A stretch of DNA of 64,000 bases from Tubiluchus corallicola (lineage: Eukaryota > Animalia > Priapulida): positions 248,001-312,000 of the forward strand of contig JAQGDQ010000158.1 in the NCBI GenBank assembly GCA_030141605.1. The letters are read 5' to 3'. How positions within the stretch are numbered: the stretch's first letter is position 1; the number at the start of each line of letters is the position of its first letter. Made by a program: the position numbers and the translations under genes. Positions 36,101 to 64,000 of this stretch are shown one piece after another. The notes below the pieces were generated by a model. It saw nothing but the letters and a program-made list of their open reading frames with translations. It had not been told where the DNA came from and searched no databases.

Positions 36101-36888
36101 CTCGACGGTTGCCGATTACCACTATGTTTTCTTCGCTTTGTTTTTGGAGATATCTCATTCGGGACATTCACAACAGGTGACACAATTTCATCATCCGTCT
36201 TGAGTTGCTTAGTAACAGGCTCAGCAGCACAATCTACAGTGCCTTTACAACTTTTGCGCTTCCTCCTTATTTTGCCCGGCTTAAACGGTTCAGAATTGTT
36301 TGACTCACTTTGTAGTTGTAACACAGTTGTTTCTTTAGCTTCTACTGTTTGTTCAATCGTCAATGGCTGCGTATTCACAGTCGTTTCTTCCACAGCATCT
36401 GAATTTACTCCAGCTATCGTCTCACTACAAGTTCGTCGTCTCTTGTGTCGTTTCTTGTTTTTCTTCTTTGCATCTTTCTGCGCAGAACTCGCGCTTTCCT
36501 CTCCAGAATTCAAACCCAATGGGTCATGAATGTTAGGAGGAATAATGACCTCTACTGTTTCCTTTTTGTAAGCGGGAACAGGAACAGGAGACGATTTTGG
36601 CGTCACCGCATTTACAATTTTGCTGATTTCTTCATCGTTTAAGCTTTCCAGATTAAGCGGATCAGCAATATTTCCACCTAGTAAGAAATGGCTGGGTGAG
36701 GCTGGTTTAATAATGGAAAGATCAGTGGATCGTCTATGGTGGAAGACAGAACGACTATTACAGACATTGTAGCCGAAAGTTCCGCTATGGTGACGCTTCG
36801 ATATGCGACTTGGCTGCTTAAATCGAATGTTTTTACGCGTTTCATTAATACCTGCACCTGAAGGTGCCGAGTTGACATCTGCTGACAT
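33144..36888 (-). CDS. MEPCE: 7SK snRNA methylphosphate capping enzyme (MePCE/Bin3 family)
   Basis: Exons 36888-35662, 35388-35170, 34539-34413, 33217-33144 (GT-AG, phases consistent, TAG at 33146-33144). Motifs [80 protein letters not shown]. Confidence 0.93.
33540..33982. repeat. 31-bp minisatellite, ~14 copies, in the last MEPCE intron
   Basis: Unit CATTACATCACGAAGCATGATAGCATGTCTT repeated head-to-tail with few substitutions. Confidence 0.93.
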
Positions 36889-37094
36889 AGTCACCAGTCT
36901 ACACAAATTTGCACTGGTGCTGACGAGTCTATGGGGTGAACGATACAATCTATGATCAGCTTCCGATGATTAATAGTTCTTTATAAAAAAGTTTACTCAC
37001 TGTAAAACAAAAATAATAGCAATAATCATTATATTAGAAAGCATTATTAAATTCAAGTTCATTTACACATGTATAGACAGTATAGAAGCCTATA

Positions 37095-37460
37095 CAGAGC
37101 CTACAGTATAGAAAATTATGCACTAATTATGTATTTACAAAGAAGCCAAAGTAAGGAATAGACAGACCTGCAGAAAAGAAATAGATACAGTAACAGACAG
37201 CTAAGTTTTTATACACTTAACTATCTGTTGCTGTATCTATTTCTGTTCCACAGGTCTGTTTATTTATTACTTTGGTTTCTTTGATAATACATAATTAGTG
37301 CTTAATTTTCTATACTGTAAGCTCTGCCTATATAAACTGGTTTGTTGTTTGTATGGTGTACCACTGATGATGACAGCTGATTGCTGTCGAAACATTTGGA
37401 CATGTTTTTAAACTGTTGCAAACTAAAGTTTTTTTATGAAGTTGTGTTGTTTTAATAATA
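37095..37460 (+). mobile_element. Penelope-like element remnant (inverted pLTR-type hairpin plus minimal hammerhead motif)
   Basis: Imperfect inverted repeat with ~110-bp arms at 37095-37326, then CCA-CTGATGA-T-GACAGC-TGATT-GCTGTC-GAAAC-ATT-TGG (37361-37399), then AATAAA. Confidence 0.5.
37361..37399 (+). ncRNA. Minimal type I hammerhead ribozyme-like motif (probably decayed)
   Basis: CUGAUGA core, perfect 6-bp stem II, GAAAC, 3-bp stem I CCA/UGG; the expected GUH reads AUU. Confidence 0.45.
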
Positions 37461-40059
37461 AATGAATTACAAATCATTTAGCACAGCAGTAACATACTAC
37501 CAAATGGCTGTTCTTATTAAAAATTACACCACTTGACCACCGTCACATGAAATGGAGAAAAAGAGACCGCAGGAAAGCACAAAATAACATTGATTCGAAA
37601 AAAAATCAATGAGTAACTTTGCCAAGTTTGTTAATAGGCAATTCCAAGCTTTGTAGACAAATGTTTCAGTGTTCGGTGGTGGTTATAAGTTTGGACAACA
37701 ATTGCCATAAGTGTATTATTTTAAGAGTTCATTCATTTCTACACTGGATCTTACAACAATATCACTAAAATACAGATAATAATCCAGTAAAGTAAATACA
37801 GATACAATATAATATATCCAGATAATACAAGTAAAGAGTCTTTAGGAGCTAGCACATACACAATAGTTTTGAAGCATACAGTTTGATCATTGGGTTCGAT
37901 TTCAAATTTGGAGGTGCTATGCACAAAAGACGATAATTCTTCTTCGTAATATAATGTGTACACTTCAATGGCAACGAAATTTGATGACAGCAAGATCTAA
38001 GGTGAGCTTAGGTTTAATTTACAAGCTCAGCCAAGTTGTGGTACGTGTAATTGCACCTGTCAGAGTAAGAAAGTAATTAATTTTTTATTATTAATAAAAA
38101 CAGAAGATAAATAACTAAAACATTTATACAAATAGAAATATTTCGAAAAAATTAAGTGTCAGGAAATAAACGTATAGCTCATGGGGTCTGATGGGGTTTG
38201 AATCATTTCTTAGTTGAATTTAATATATAAGCCTACAAACACATTTTCATTTGGTGTGTATAAAATTGTACATGCTAACGTCCCTGCCACATCTGAAGTG
38301 GCAGACTATTAGAAAACATGGATAATGAATTATACATCTACAGAATTTTTTCAGGATTAACAAAAAGTGTTTAACACAATATCATCTGACAAATTAAAAC
38401 ACTACGCAATAAACGACATATGGCACTTGTACTTCACTTCTTACCTTTCTAAAGGAAAATAGTTTACAGAGCACAATCAAATTAAAGATGGCCAATACTG
38501 CAGTTGAGGATACAGCACGGGTGCTATATGGCCACACAAAAATGTCCTGCCAACTTGTACTAACATTAATACACTCGTATCTCGGTTTACCAGACCTTGC
38601 TTTTACGGATATCGGAAGAATTGGACAAAATCTGGGCTGTTAAAAAGTCTCGCACACTCAGATACAGTCCACCGTTTCATGAGGTGATCGCTAGTTGGTG
38701 GGCCATCACTTTGTTTACAGCATGTGTAGAAATAATATATAGTCAGTTATGATGCATTATTTGAGTCATTTGTCGAGACTTATCGCTGACCGATAACTTT
38801 CAGTTCCTCCACTATCGGATATTTTATTATAAGTTCATTTCATGAAGCTTATTAAATTGTTCACAATATTTGCGTATTTTTTGGTATTTGTTTCGTTTTC
38901 GTTAGCTTTTTGTTAAAATATCTTGCAGTCTGCCACTGCGGTCTGCTCAGGAACAACGTGACTGCATAGCCAGGCTATGTAGATTTTTAACCAATCACAG
39001 CCTAGGAACACGACACAGCAGATCAATTTCGTAAACAAGGAAAACGTCCGAAACTTACGGCCAAAACAACAAATACGATATTTGTGCGTAAAAGTAATAA
39101 CACTTAAAAGGATGATTACGTAACCCAGTAACTTAAAAGTACCAAGAAAATTAATAATTACTTCAAAAAACTGTAGAGATTTTACGTTAATAATCACTGT
39201 ACAGCAGCTGCAGCTGTGGATAGTCAAAGACGGTGTCTTCTTCTTCTTTCGATAACTAAGTCGACACGCTATTGGCGCACAAAACGCAATTACAAGGACA
39301 CGCACAAGGTGTGTAGACTGTAGAGATACATTGGGCGCCGAAAAAAGCCCATGTTTATACTATAGGCCATAGCCTATAGCTACTATCATGCTAAAGGGTG
39401 TTAGGAGTTTTGTGAGTGTGGCCATGTGTCCCGTTTAACCAGGCTGAAAAATAAGCAATGCATAGGCAAAATCCTTATCGATTAACAGGTTCAATTTCTT
39501 ATAGTTTTACTGTTCAACAAGGAGAACATCTTCGTCATTGTGTCGTGTTAAGCAACAATCATCCCAGCTTTGCCATGTTAAAAAATAACAGCAGTTCCTT
39601 ACAATTATACTAAAATCACATGTTCATACTAAGTTTTGTAGATGACATTTTGGCGCAAGTGATTGAAATAATAATTGATTTTGAGCGTTTACAACCAAAA
39701 ATGGTTATATTAAAACAACATTAACCAGTTTGTAACAGATCGACGGTGTTTCCATGATTTTTTTCAGAATTGCAAAAGGATTGCTATCCCTTTATGTAAA
39801 AAGTGAGATTATACGTCACTTTTGAAAATTTACTGGGCAATTCATGTTGAGCGATTTCCAAAACCATAATGATAGTGGTTGACCGATTTTCGTGATTTCT
39901 CAACATTAGTTTTCAGGAATCATTTATTTTAGGAATCAACTTGTGATTTTTTTAGTACACGTACTTTAACATTTTCTTAGTTAACAATCATACTGGCTTT
40001 GACTAGTTGACAACATTTTAACACTCTACTTATACTGCTTTTGCTTCAGTATGCTTCAA

Positions 40060-40300
40060 GCTTGAGTCATATGAAGCACTTATATGTGATTCAATGGCAA
40101 GGCTTGCCACGGTATTGAGGCTTGTGGCAAAACCGGAGCTCCTTTATCAAGCATTTCCTCCCATGATGATTCACTAACTCAGCAGAGCCTCCTTAGCTGC
40201 AAAAAAGACGGTACTCATCCTTTCTAAACGACGTAACGAGCTAGAGTCAGCATTGTGTCCGATGAGTATTGAACCAAAGCTGCAGTCACGAACCATTCAT
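40060..40300 (-). mobile_element. Possible decayed tRNA-derived SINE
   Basis: Minus-strand B-box-like GGTTCAATACTC at ~40264-40275 and a GGTACTCAT motif often seen in invertebrate SINE cores. Confidence 0.3.
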
Positions 40301-40340
40301 TGATCAATTAAGTAAGGCTTTATTTAAATTCGTTGTGAAA

Positions 40341-40490
40341 TAAACAAACAAGCAAGCAAACAAACAAACAAACAAACAAACAAACAAACAAACAAACAAA
40401 CAAACAAACAAACAAACAAACAAACAAACAAACAAACAAATGAACAAACAAACACACACGCAAGCAAGCCAGCAAACAAACAAATAAATA
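40341..40490. repeat. (AAAC)n microsatellite
   Basis: Direct reading. Confidence 0.92.
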
Positions 40491-40735
40491 ACGAAACAAG
40501 CTATCTGTGCCACAAAGAAAAACATATCTCTTACGACATTAACACCACCTAGTACACTGAATAAGATAAGTACTCTCTGACACTCTCAATGCACTGCTTT
40601 GTCCGCTGATACAATAATGCAGGCTGATACGTAATCAACGCAATACATAAACCATCAAATTGCTGGAAACGTGTTAGAATGATTGATTTTTACCCATGCA
40701 CTGACAGTCAATCTCGCGTAGTGTCAACATGCATT

Positions 40736-41680
40736 TGTAACGACCAGCTTAGCATATATCTTTGTATTTGTAACTAGATTTAGTTATTACTAACTAAACT
40801 TCGTTGTAGAATGAGATATGTTTTTCTGGCCAATGTAAACTTTACGGTAGTATACGTAATTTAGTTCGGGCTGTATAAAATTGTTGTTTATAGCTGTTCA
40901 CTTTAGTTATGCGCATAGGTCAAAACTAGGGTAAACTCGTCGAACGGATATGCAAATACAGGTTATCCTGCTATAGTGTTATTGAAGCCAGACTATTAGA
41001 CAACCGGCTTTAGAGGTCTTTTCACAGAGATGTGTAGAGAACGACGTGGCTCTTTGCAAGAGAGACTTGCGGGCTGGCGCTGATCGAAATAGAATAGCCC
41101 ATGATTCCATGAGAATAATAGTCTTCAAATTAGGGGGCTGTGTAACGACCAGCTTAGCATATATTTTTGTATTTGTAACTAGATTTAGTTCTTACTAACT
41201 TAACTTCGTTGTAGAATGAGATATGTTTTTCTGGCCAATGTAAACTTTACGGTAGTATACGTAATTTAGTTCGGGCTGTATAAAATTGTTGTTTATAGCT
41301 GTTCAATATACAAACCAGGTGTTACACTTTAGTTATGCGCATAGGTCAAAACTAGGGTAAACTCGTCGAACGGATATGCAAATACAGGTTATCCTGCTAT
41401 AGTGTTATTGAAGCCAGACTATTAGACAACCGGCTTTAGAGGTCTTTTCACAGAGATGTGTAGAGAACGACGTGGCTCTTTGCAAGAGAGACTTGCGGGC
41501 AGATATAATGCTGGACAGTTTTTTTAGAATATGTTTTTGTGTCTTTGCACATAAGTCGTGCAACTTTAGCTGGCTCTACCTAACGCTAATGTTTAATGAA
41601 AGTTCCAACTACGTGTTAGTGACTATTAGGGCAGTTCTAGTATTGAGCCCAGTTCACCATTTATTTTACATCGAGTTACA
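40736..41680 (+). mobile_element. LTR-like direct repeat pair (truncated LTR + short spacer + longer LTR)
   Basis: 40736-41074 and 41141-41500 are near-identical (the second has a 21-bp insertion) and both begin TGTAACG. The spacer starts TGGCG and ends AGGGGGCTG (PPT-like). The second copy continues to ...GAGTTACA at 41680, an inverted match to the TGTAAC start. Confidence 0.6.
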
Positions 41681-42682
41681 TTGTGACATCTGACGTGAAA
41701 AACCAAACTACCAATCTACCAACGCAGGACGTTTCCGGGAATGACTCCCATCTGCTTATGACTTCGCAGTTCAGCTATGCTCTAAACACCCGGGTGTGCA
41801 CACGGATGTTGTGGATCCGCCACCTTCGTCGTCGTGCTGCCGCCGATAAGTATTGCTGACGTATACTTTCATTGATGCTGAGACTGTAAGTGATAAATTC
41901 TCGTTTCTTTTGTTTAACTACTAGGCCACCGCCTGTTGCTTCCTTTTGTACAACGATACTTGCTTCGACTGGCAGTGGCTGGTAAAACTAAGACTCAGTT
42001 GAAAGTGCTGATAGCTTACATATAAACCTCGTGTGGATGGAGCTTTACTTTATGGACTTAATATTAGCAAACACTGGTGAACTATTAGATTATTATTTTT
42101 AGCCAAAGAGAATTTTTGGGTATTGTTTGTGGCATCTGAAAGTATTATCGGTCAGTAAATTTTGAGTAGTGTAGCAACACATGTTTATTGAAATGGTACC
42201 CGGGTACAAATTAACTGCTGTCACTTGGTTTGAACTAATTTTATATTATCAACATTTATGAATATTAAAGGCTTATCTTATCATAAAAACTGCATAAAAT
42301 TAGTTTCAGGTTTTGTGTTCAAGAAATATATTGAGTAAAAACTAAGTAGTATGACACACGCTACCAAACAATAAGAGCGCTGATTGCTCATACTTGATTG
42401 TGAGATCCGCCCCACATTACAGCATTCATGTATTATATTTACAAAATCTTTTAGTTCGGTAACTTGGTAATGTGACGCCCATGATCACTTGACATTGTGC
42501 AAGTTGTGATCCAGCCACAACAGTGCTAACTTAATGTAGGTGATTTTGGCTGGACAGCCTGGACCGGAACCTAGCTTATGCTGGATGATATCGTAACAAG
42601 ACCTTGAATCTTCTGATTTGTCTTAGCTACGTTTAGGTATGTTTAGCTATACATATATGAAACATACACAGAACGTACACAT

Positions 42683-42992
42683 ACTCTGCAATGAACGTAG
42701 CCTATTAGAGCGAATTAGTATTTGAATTCAAGATGACGGCATTGACGTCATTTCTAAACCACGGTCTTGAGCCGAGCGAGTCCATCGACCAATAATTCGA
42801 GTCGAACACAGAAGTTCGAAGTTGGCCGACGTATTTCTGCCGTTTATTTTCAGTTACTGCAACTTCAAGTTCGACTCGAACTATAAGTCGATGGACTCGC
42901 TGAGCTCAACACCGTGGATTAGAAATGACGTCAATGCCGTCATCTTGAATTCAAATACTAATTCGTTCTAATAGGCTATGTTCTTGCAGAGT
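42683..42992. mobile_element. Fold-back / palindromic MITE
   Basis: ~125-bp highly similar inverted arms ACTCTGCAA...AGTCGAAC / GTTCGACT...TTGCAGAGT. Confidence 0.75.
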
Positions 42993-43382
42993 TTGATAAT
43001 GATCCATTGGTGGAGCTTTAGGCTTTTCTCGAAAATGGTGTTACAGTATTATCATCGATAATTCATCATGGTAGAACAAAAATTCGATTCCGTCATCCGA
43101 TGCAGAATTTTGTTCTAGTAGGCCCCTATATATCCATAAAAATTCACGATGCTCCATTGCGAACTGGTGAAACCTCACACTGTTTTCGAAAATGGTATTA
43201 CCACTAGGTACCGTCTTGACTATGAAATGGCAGATAGAAAGTATGATTCTGTCAGGCGAGTCTAGTCTGAGCACGCTTGCGAGCTTAAATATGGTGTTTT
43301 CCAAAATATGGTGTCATCGCCGCCGCCTTGAATTCAAAATGGCGGATCGAAAATCCCACTCCGTCTGTTTTGTTTTTCGGAC

Positions 43383-43418
<36 letters not shown>

Positions 43419-44581
43419 CTTTATTCGGTAAGGAGTAAAGGCCATTTAGTAAGGAGGATCAAAGTTTTATTGATTTGCTCAAGATGTGCTCAGATTGAAA
43501 TGGGGTTACTTTTATGGGCGCCCTGTAAAACGGCCCCAATAAAAAAAACCAAAAAAACTTAAGATTGACCAAAAATGATCTCCAACAGGCCACTAATGTA
43601 TTCCAGCACTCAAACTGTTTGTATGCGAGTTGTCATATAAACTCCTCTCAGCTCCCACAGTAATATAATATGTATTTATTTAGATGAAGACAATCACATG
43701 GCTATTTGTTATAACTTCCAGGTTGGGAAGTATTAGAAGCATTCTGCAGGCAAGGAAAACATCTGAATGGTGAAACCTTTGACCATAGTGATTATCAAAA
43801 TGGTAAGTTTTACGATTTTGACGATTGTATCACAAGCGATTGTAGCTAAAATATATTAAAACGTCAGAGTTTTAAAGCAGCTTTTTTAATTTTATCAGCT
43901 TAACTTTTTCTGGGATGAATATTCCTTATCATCTTTGCATGAAATCAGGTACTCAAACAGGTTACTAGTGCACAAATGAGGTACGTACTTATATTTAAAA
44001 AAGTAAATGTCCCGTATAGGTTAGCCTTAACAACCATGTCATCGCTGGCCTTTTGATGCGTTGTGGGGATGGGTGGACTGAACTATCAGACTAGAGCGTC
44101 TTTATGTCTTAATACTCCCCTGAAGTCTCTGATCAGTTCTGCAAAATGTAATGGTAATGGATAAACACCCGCTGAAGAATTAGCAATGGATGCCTGTAGA
44201 CATGCTAGAAAAGTAGAAAGTTATTGCACACAAAAACGTAGTTTCAGTTTCTGACGTTTTACTTTAACACGTATGTTGTACAAGGTATCATCAACTTTAA
44301 AAACAAAAATTTAAAACTTATTTATTTAAAATTTAAAGAACTTAAACAATGTGAAACAAAATGAAAATATCTTCTGCCCCGCCAAAGTAAGATGACATAC
44401 TGCAAAATGTCAGTTTTGAGTAACTTGAATTTAAAGTTAATTAGTATGTCAGCACATACTACGCAACTACAGGAATAATTTCTTAGGCTAATTAACGTAT
44501 ACTTAATTGAAGTACCGCTTCCTCGGGCGTTTTATTGAAATGAGGTTTCATAACTTCGGGAAGTCAACTTTGTGATACTAT

Positions 44582-44770
44582 AGACAGATAGACGAATAGA
44601 CGGACGGGCAGACGGACGGACGGGCAGACGGACGGAGGGACAGACAGACAGAGAGACAGACGGACGGACGGACGGACGGACGGACGGACGGACGGACGGA
44701 CGGACGGACGGACGGACGGACGGACGGACGGACGGACCGACCGACCGACCGACCGACCGACCGACCGACC

Positions 44771-44806
<36 letters not shown>
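44582..44806. repeat. Compound tetranucleotide microsatellite (GACG)n-(GACC)n-(GACA)n
   Basis: Direct reading. Confidence 0.92.
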
Positions 44807-45179
44807 GGTGACTAGGACGTAGGTAGGCAGGTAGAGAGACAGATAGAAAGCTAAGCAGGCTGGCAGGCAGACAGGTGTGTATAGGAAAGTAATTAAAAGC
44901 TATTGTACACTAAACACTTGTAAATTTTGTATTTGTAGCCGAATCATAGATATTTGAACATGATTAATACATCCAATGTTTTTGCATCAGTGTTAGAAAA
45001 AGAAAACTTGTTGCAATATTATAAATTTGATAGTAACATTTAACAGGGGGCCACCTATTGCTCTTTTGCCTCCGTTGCTTCTCCCTTTTCTTTGTATTAT
45101 ATTATAATACTATGTAGTACTCCCTTTTTCAAGCACCTTACGGGTTGGCACCTGCATACATCTCCAGCTTATACATATA

Positions 45180-46830
45180 TTTAATACAGCTCACCACATG
45201 ACTAAAATTCAGTGTTTGTAATTTGCTTCGAGTACACCGCATACAATATTTTACTATTAAAATGGTCTTATTTAAACATAGGAAATTTTTACACGGAAAA
45301 TTTCCAAAAATCACAACAGGTTTATCAATTTCTAATGCATTGCTTGTATTTTGCGCCCACCATTGTTTGAAATATTCCCATGAGAGTTTTCCTTTATTAC
45401 AATCCCACAGTATGTGTAATATGGTTTCTGTTACCGAATTGTCAGAATCAACTTTATTGATTTTGAATAGAAAATATTTTGTGGGTAGTATTCTGTGCAG
45501 ACACTAAACTGGTAATTGTCTATTTTTCGGATCTTTTGTACCTTTGAAAGAAAGCATATACGCGTTTTTCCAATTTTATATTATAATTTATGAATTTTCC
45601 TCCCATTTCAGTTCAGAAATTGGCGGAAGACTTTTTTGAGATAATAACTTTTTATACACAATCGATGTTTTAAAGTCGGCATGGGATACAAGTTTTTCAG
45701 TTTCGCGATTGTCAGTTTCCGCTCTGCACAGTTTAACACCCGCATTTCGAATATCATTTCGCCATCTATTTGGAATTGCACTGACAAGACTGTAAGATTG
45801 AAGAAAATCAACTTCAATTGCAAATTTCTAATGAACTGATCACGTGACATTATAGTTCCATTATCATTCATTAAATCGTTGACGTATAGTACATTGTTTT
45901 CAATACTTGTTGTACAGAACTTACGGGTAACGTAAGGCTTTATATTATTATTATACCGCAATGTCTGTTTTAAATAATGCGTTAGAGTCATTGGATTTCT
46001 TAATATTTCACACCAGCATATAATTACTTCTTGCTAGAAGGGATTCCCAAGCATTACACTCTTCTCTACTAAAAAGCTTTTTCCATTTTCCAAAATTGGA
46101 TTCTATTCAGTTTTTCTAAGAATATTTTTGCTATCTCTTGCCAAGTTCCATTTGTTGTCATTAACCCGTGAGTCCACTCAGGGCCTATTTCAGCCTAAGC
46201 GAGGCCCGGGGAAGTATCCCCACTTACCCCCCCCCCTGAAATAGGCCCTGAGTCCACTTATATTTCAAGGATTTGGCAAACGACTTCAAATCCACCATAT
46301 TTGCACCACCTTCTGAAATTTCGGACATGAGTGTTTTTCGTTTAACTTTTTCTCGTTTACCACCCCAAACAAACCTATATGTTAATTTCTCAATGAATTT
46401 AAATTTTCCACAATTCACAATGGGGAGGGATGACAACAAATGGATTATTTTTGACAACATTAATGATTTAAAAACAGTTATCCGCCCAAAGATCGCAAAT
46501 GATTGCCAGGACCAAATTTTTATAAGATTTCGAATTTCCACAAGTTTATATATCAAATTCAGATCAAAAATATTCTCCAAATTATGTAGATCAAATTTTA
46601 TTCCCAAAACTGTTAAGATATCATTCGCCCAGTTCAACTGTAAATTTTTACAAACACGTGCTTGGGAACCCCTTAAGGCACCAAACCAAATTGCCTTTGT
46701 TTTATTACATTTCATTTTTAACCCAAAATTATTTACTATACGATGGGCTGTAAATACTGAAGTAGATGAACCTTTGAGAATAACTGCGGTATCATCCGCT
46801 AATTGGCTTAAGACTATTTCGTTGTTATAT
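45180..46830 (-). mobile_element. Decayed L1/Tx1-clade LINE ORF2 (RT C-half and zf-RVT region)
   Basis: SQLADDTAV (YADD-equivalent, ~46780-46810), KTKAIW, VLGIKF, GRITVFKSL, FVWGGK...EGG, ETILHILWDC; contains frameshifts and stops. Confidence 0.85.
46179..46250. mobile_element. 72-bp hAT-type micro-MITE inserted in the LINE
   Basis: Perfect 15-bp TIRs CAGGGCCTATTTCAG / CTGAAATAGGCCCTG and perfect 8-bp TSD AGTCCACT (46171-46178, 46251-46258). Confidence 0.92.
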
Positions 46831-47035
46831 ACAGATAATAGTTGTGACTGTCGTGTTGTTTAATTTAGCGTAGTTTAGCTTAGACAGTTGTCCTGCGTGA
46901 GTCGAATGCTGGCGAGCGTGCTTACGTTACAGGCGGGGGGGGGGGGGGCGAAGCGATAGACCAATATGTCTGACGTCAATTAAAAGAATATCTCGTCTGC
47001 TCTATTGATCTAAATCGTCTAGATGCAATCGGGTT

Positions 47036-47510
47036 TCATCCAATTCTCTCTCTAAACGTAAAATGACGGCCGTTTGTTTCTGCTTCCCACTTTCTAGGTT
47101 TCGCATTTTTTTTATTTGCCTCTGTCAGATTCTCAAATACTGTACTTAACTGCGCGTATATTCCGTCATATTTATTAGACGTGAACTGTTGACTGGCTAT
47201 GAGCTCACTGACTTCACTTTGTATGGATAAGACACTTTGTTGTAGACTAAGCACTGACTGAACCGATTCAGTAAGAAGTGACAGTTGTTTTAAAACTTTA
47301 GTTAGTATCTTACAACATTGAACACAGCCTTCCGTACCATGACACGAATTTTCATAGTTTTAATCTACCGTAGTTTCTAAATGCTCGCTATTATTTACTT
47401 CAGGCTCGGAGTCCACACTCGAACTTTTGTCCATTCTAGGTCTTTTTTGCACTTGCTGCTTCTAAGAATCCAAAGTTGACTGCATATTGCATATTATCAC
47501 TATAAACTTT
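47036..47510 (-). mobile_element. LINE ORF1-like coiled-coil remnant
   Basis: SLQQSVLSIQSEVSELIASQQFTSNKYDGIYAQL resembles ORF1 coiled-coil regions; same strand as, and upstream of, the RT remnant. Confidence 0.45.
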
Positions 47511-47583
47511 TCATTTGCAAAACATTCTAGCCCTCAAGAGCAACAATTCTTTGGGAAGAGCCAAAATTGTCAACATATTACTC

Positions 47584-47770
47584 ACGCATGCGCAATCGTG
47601 TCATCTGTTCTTGTAAAACTTTAGTTTACTGGCTATAGCTTTTAGTTCAATTACTGTTTTGACCTGTTGTTCTTTATCGCCGCGGGCAGGACGACATATT
47701 AGCATGCCTAGTCAACCTCTGTCAATTGGTACCACAGTTAACGGTTACTTTAGGTTCGTTCAACCGTTAA
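47584..47770 (+). promoter_or_regulatory. Putative promoter of the TTLL4-like gene
   Basis: NRF1-type ACGCATGCGCA (47584-47594) and an inverted pair of MYB-like TAACGGTT/AACCGTTA sites (~47739-47769), 120-300 bp upstream of ATG 47891. Confidence 0.35.
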
Positions 47771-47890
47771 TTACCGCTGTTTCGCAACTTGGCTGGCCAC
47801 GTCTGCTTGTCCTGATGCACTCTTAAAGCTATTGCTTAATACTTATACAGTTGTACTTATAGACCTAAGAGAGGGTGGTGACTCTATAAC

Positions 47891-63257
<15,367 letters not shown>

Positions 63258-64000
63258 TGACATTCACACAGTTTTATTTTTATTTATTTGTACATCTTTG
63301 TTCTCCGCTAACATTTTGCTTAAAGCAAAACCGGACCCAATCTTAAACTGTAGGTCAAAACAATCTACTCTTTAAAATATTGACAGGAAACATACTATTT
63401 CTTCAAAAATAACTTAAGTGAAAGGATTATTGCCACACATTCACAATCTCACGTTCACATCACTAGTTCTTCGCTGTTACATGCATGAGCACAGTGTTAA
63501 ATTTGAGATTTTAAATTTTTATCTTAAGATTTGCCTAGTTTTAGTACAACACTCCAATATCTTACAGTAGCACTGTACTTCAATTTTTACTTTTGCAAAC
63601 ACGTGCAACACGGTCGCGGAATATATTTGCTGTTGAAAATTATGTTACTTTGTGATGTCATCAGTAGTTGGGCTCGCCCGCGGTTAATTAACATTTTAAT
63701 CTATTATTTAATTATCGGAAACGCCTTTGCAGTATTAACTGTGTTAATTTTTTATCGGATTTCAAAATGGGGTGGTATATAAAATATCATCCTGTCTTCC
63801 TGTCTTCCATTAATAATTCTTTTTCCTTGCAAACTTGTTGAAGTTGATTTTTATGAACATCACAAGACCCTGCATGCTCTTCCTGTGAGCATATTTGGCT
63901 ACATGCAAAATATGTCTTGAAAGCGGTTTGTTTAGCAAGTTAGTAACTAAGCAAGTTAAACCGTGGTGGTTAAAATATATCTTTAACCGGGGCAAGTCTC

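Noticed and set aside
63531-63782. ORF beginning PSFSTT as the next TTLL exon
   Set aside because: Beyond a few residues it does not resemble the expected SLxxxSxLDxxIK continuation; the true exon is probably outside the window.

Overview
AT-rich eukaryotic (invertebrate metazoan-like) genomic DNA with four protein-coding genes, reconstructed by hand from ORFs and GT-AG splice sites. (1) A spliced minus-strand DEK-C + SWIB gene (spp27/UAF30-like) that runs off the left edge. (2) An intronless 11.1-kb ORF (3706 aa, minus strand) with an AJM1/AJM-1 C-terminal domain, an N-terminal hydrophobic anchor, and a ~1170-aa block of 9-residue PLYTDxxG repeats organised into ~265-aa super-repeats. (3) A 4-coding-exon MEPCE/Bin3 7SK capping methyltransferase whose conserved YGNYxxYYGYR motif is degenerate. 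(4) A plus-strand TTLL4-like ATP-grasp ligase that runs off the right edge; it lacks the long TTLL4 N-terminus, starts with a basic presequence-like peptide and has altered active-site motifs (EVT for EVN, SQGRGI, HLTNGQ). Introns and intergenic DNA hold MITEs with clear TIRs/TSDs (hAT, Tc1/pogo), decayed RTE and L1/Tx1 LINEs, a Penelope-like remnant with a minimal hammerhead motif, an LTR-like tandem, long palindromes and micro/minisatellites. No rRNA, tRNA or CRISPR array was recognised. Family assignments come from motif recall, not database searches.
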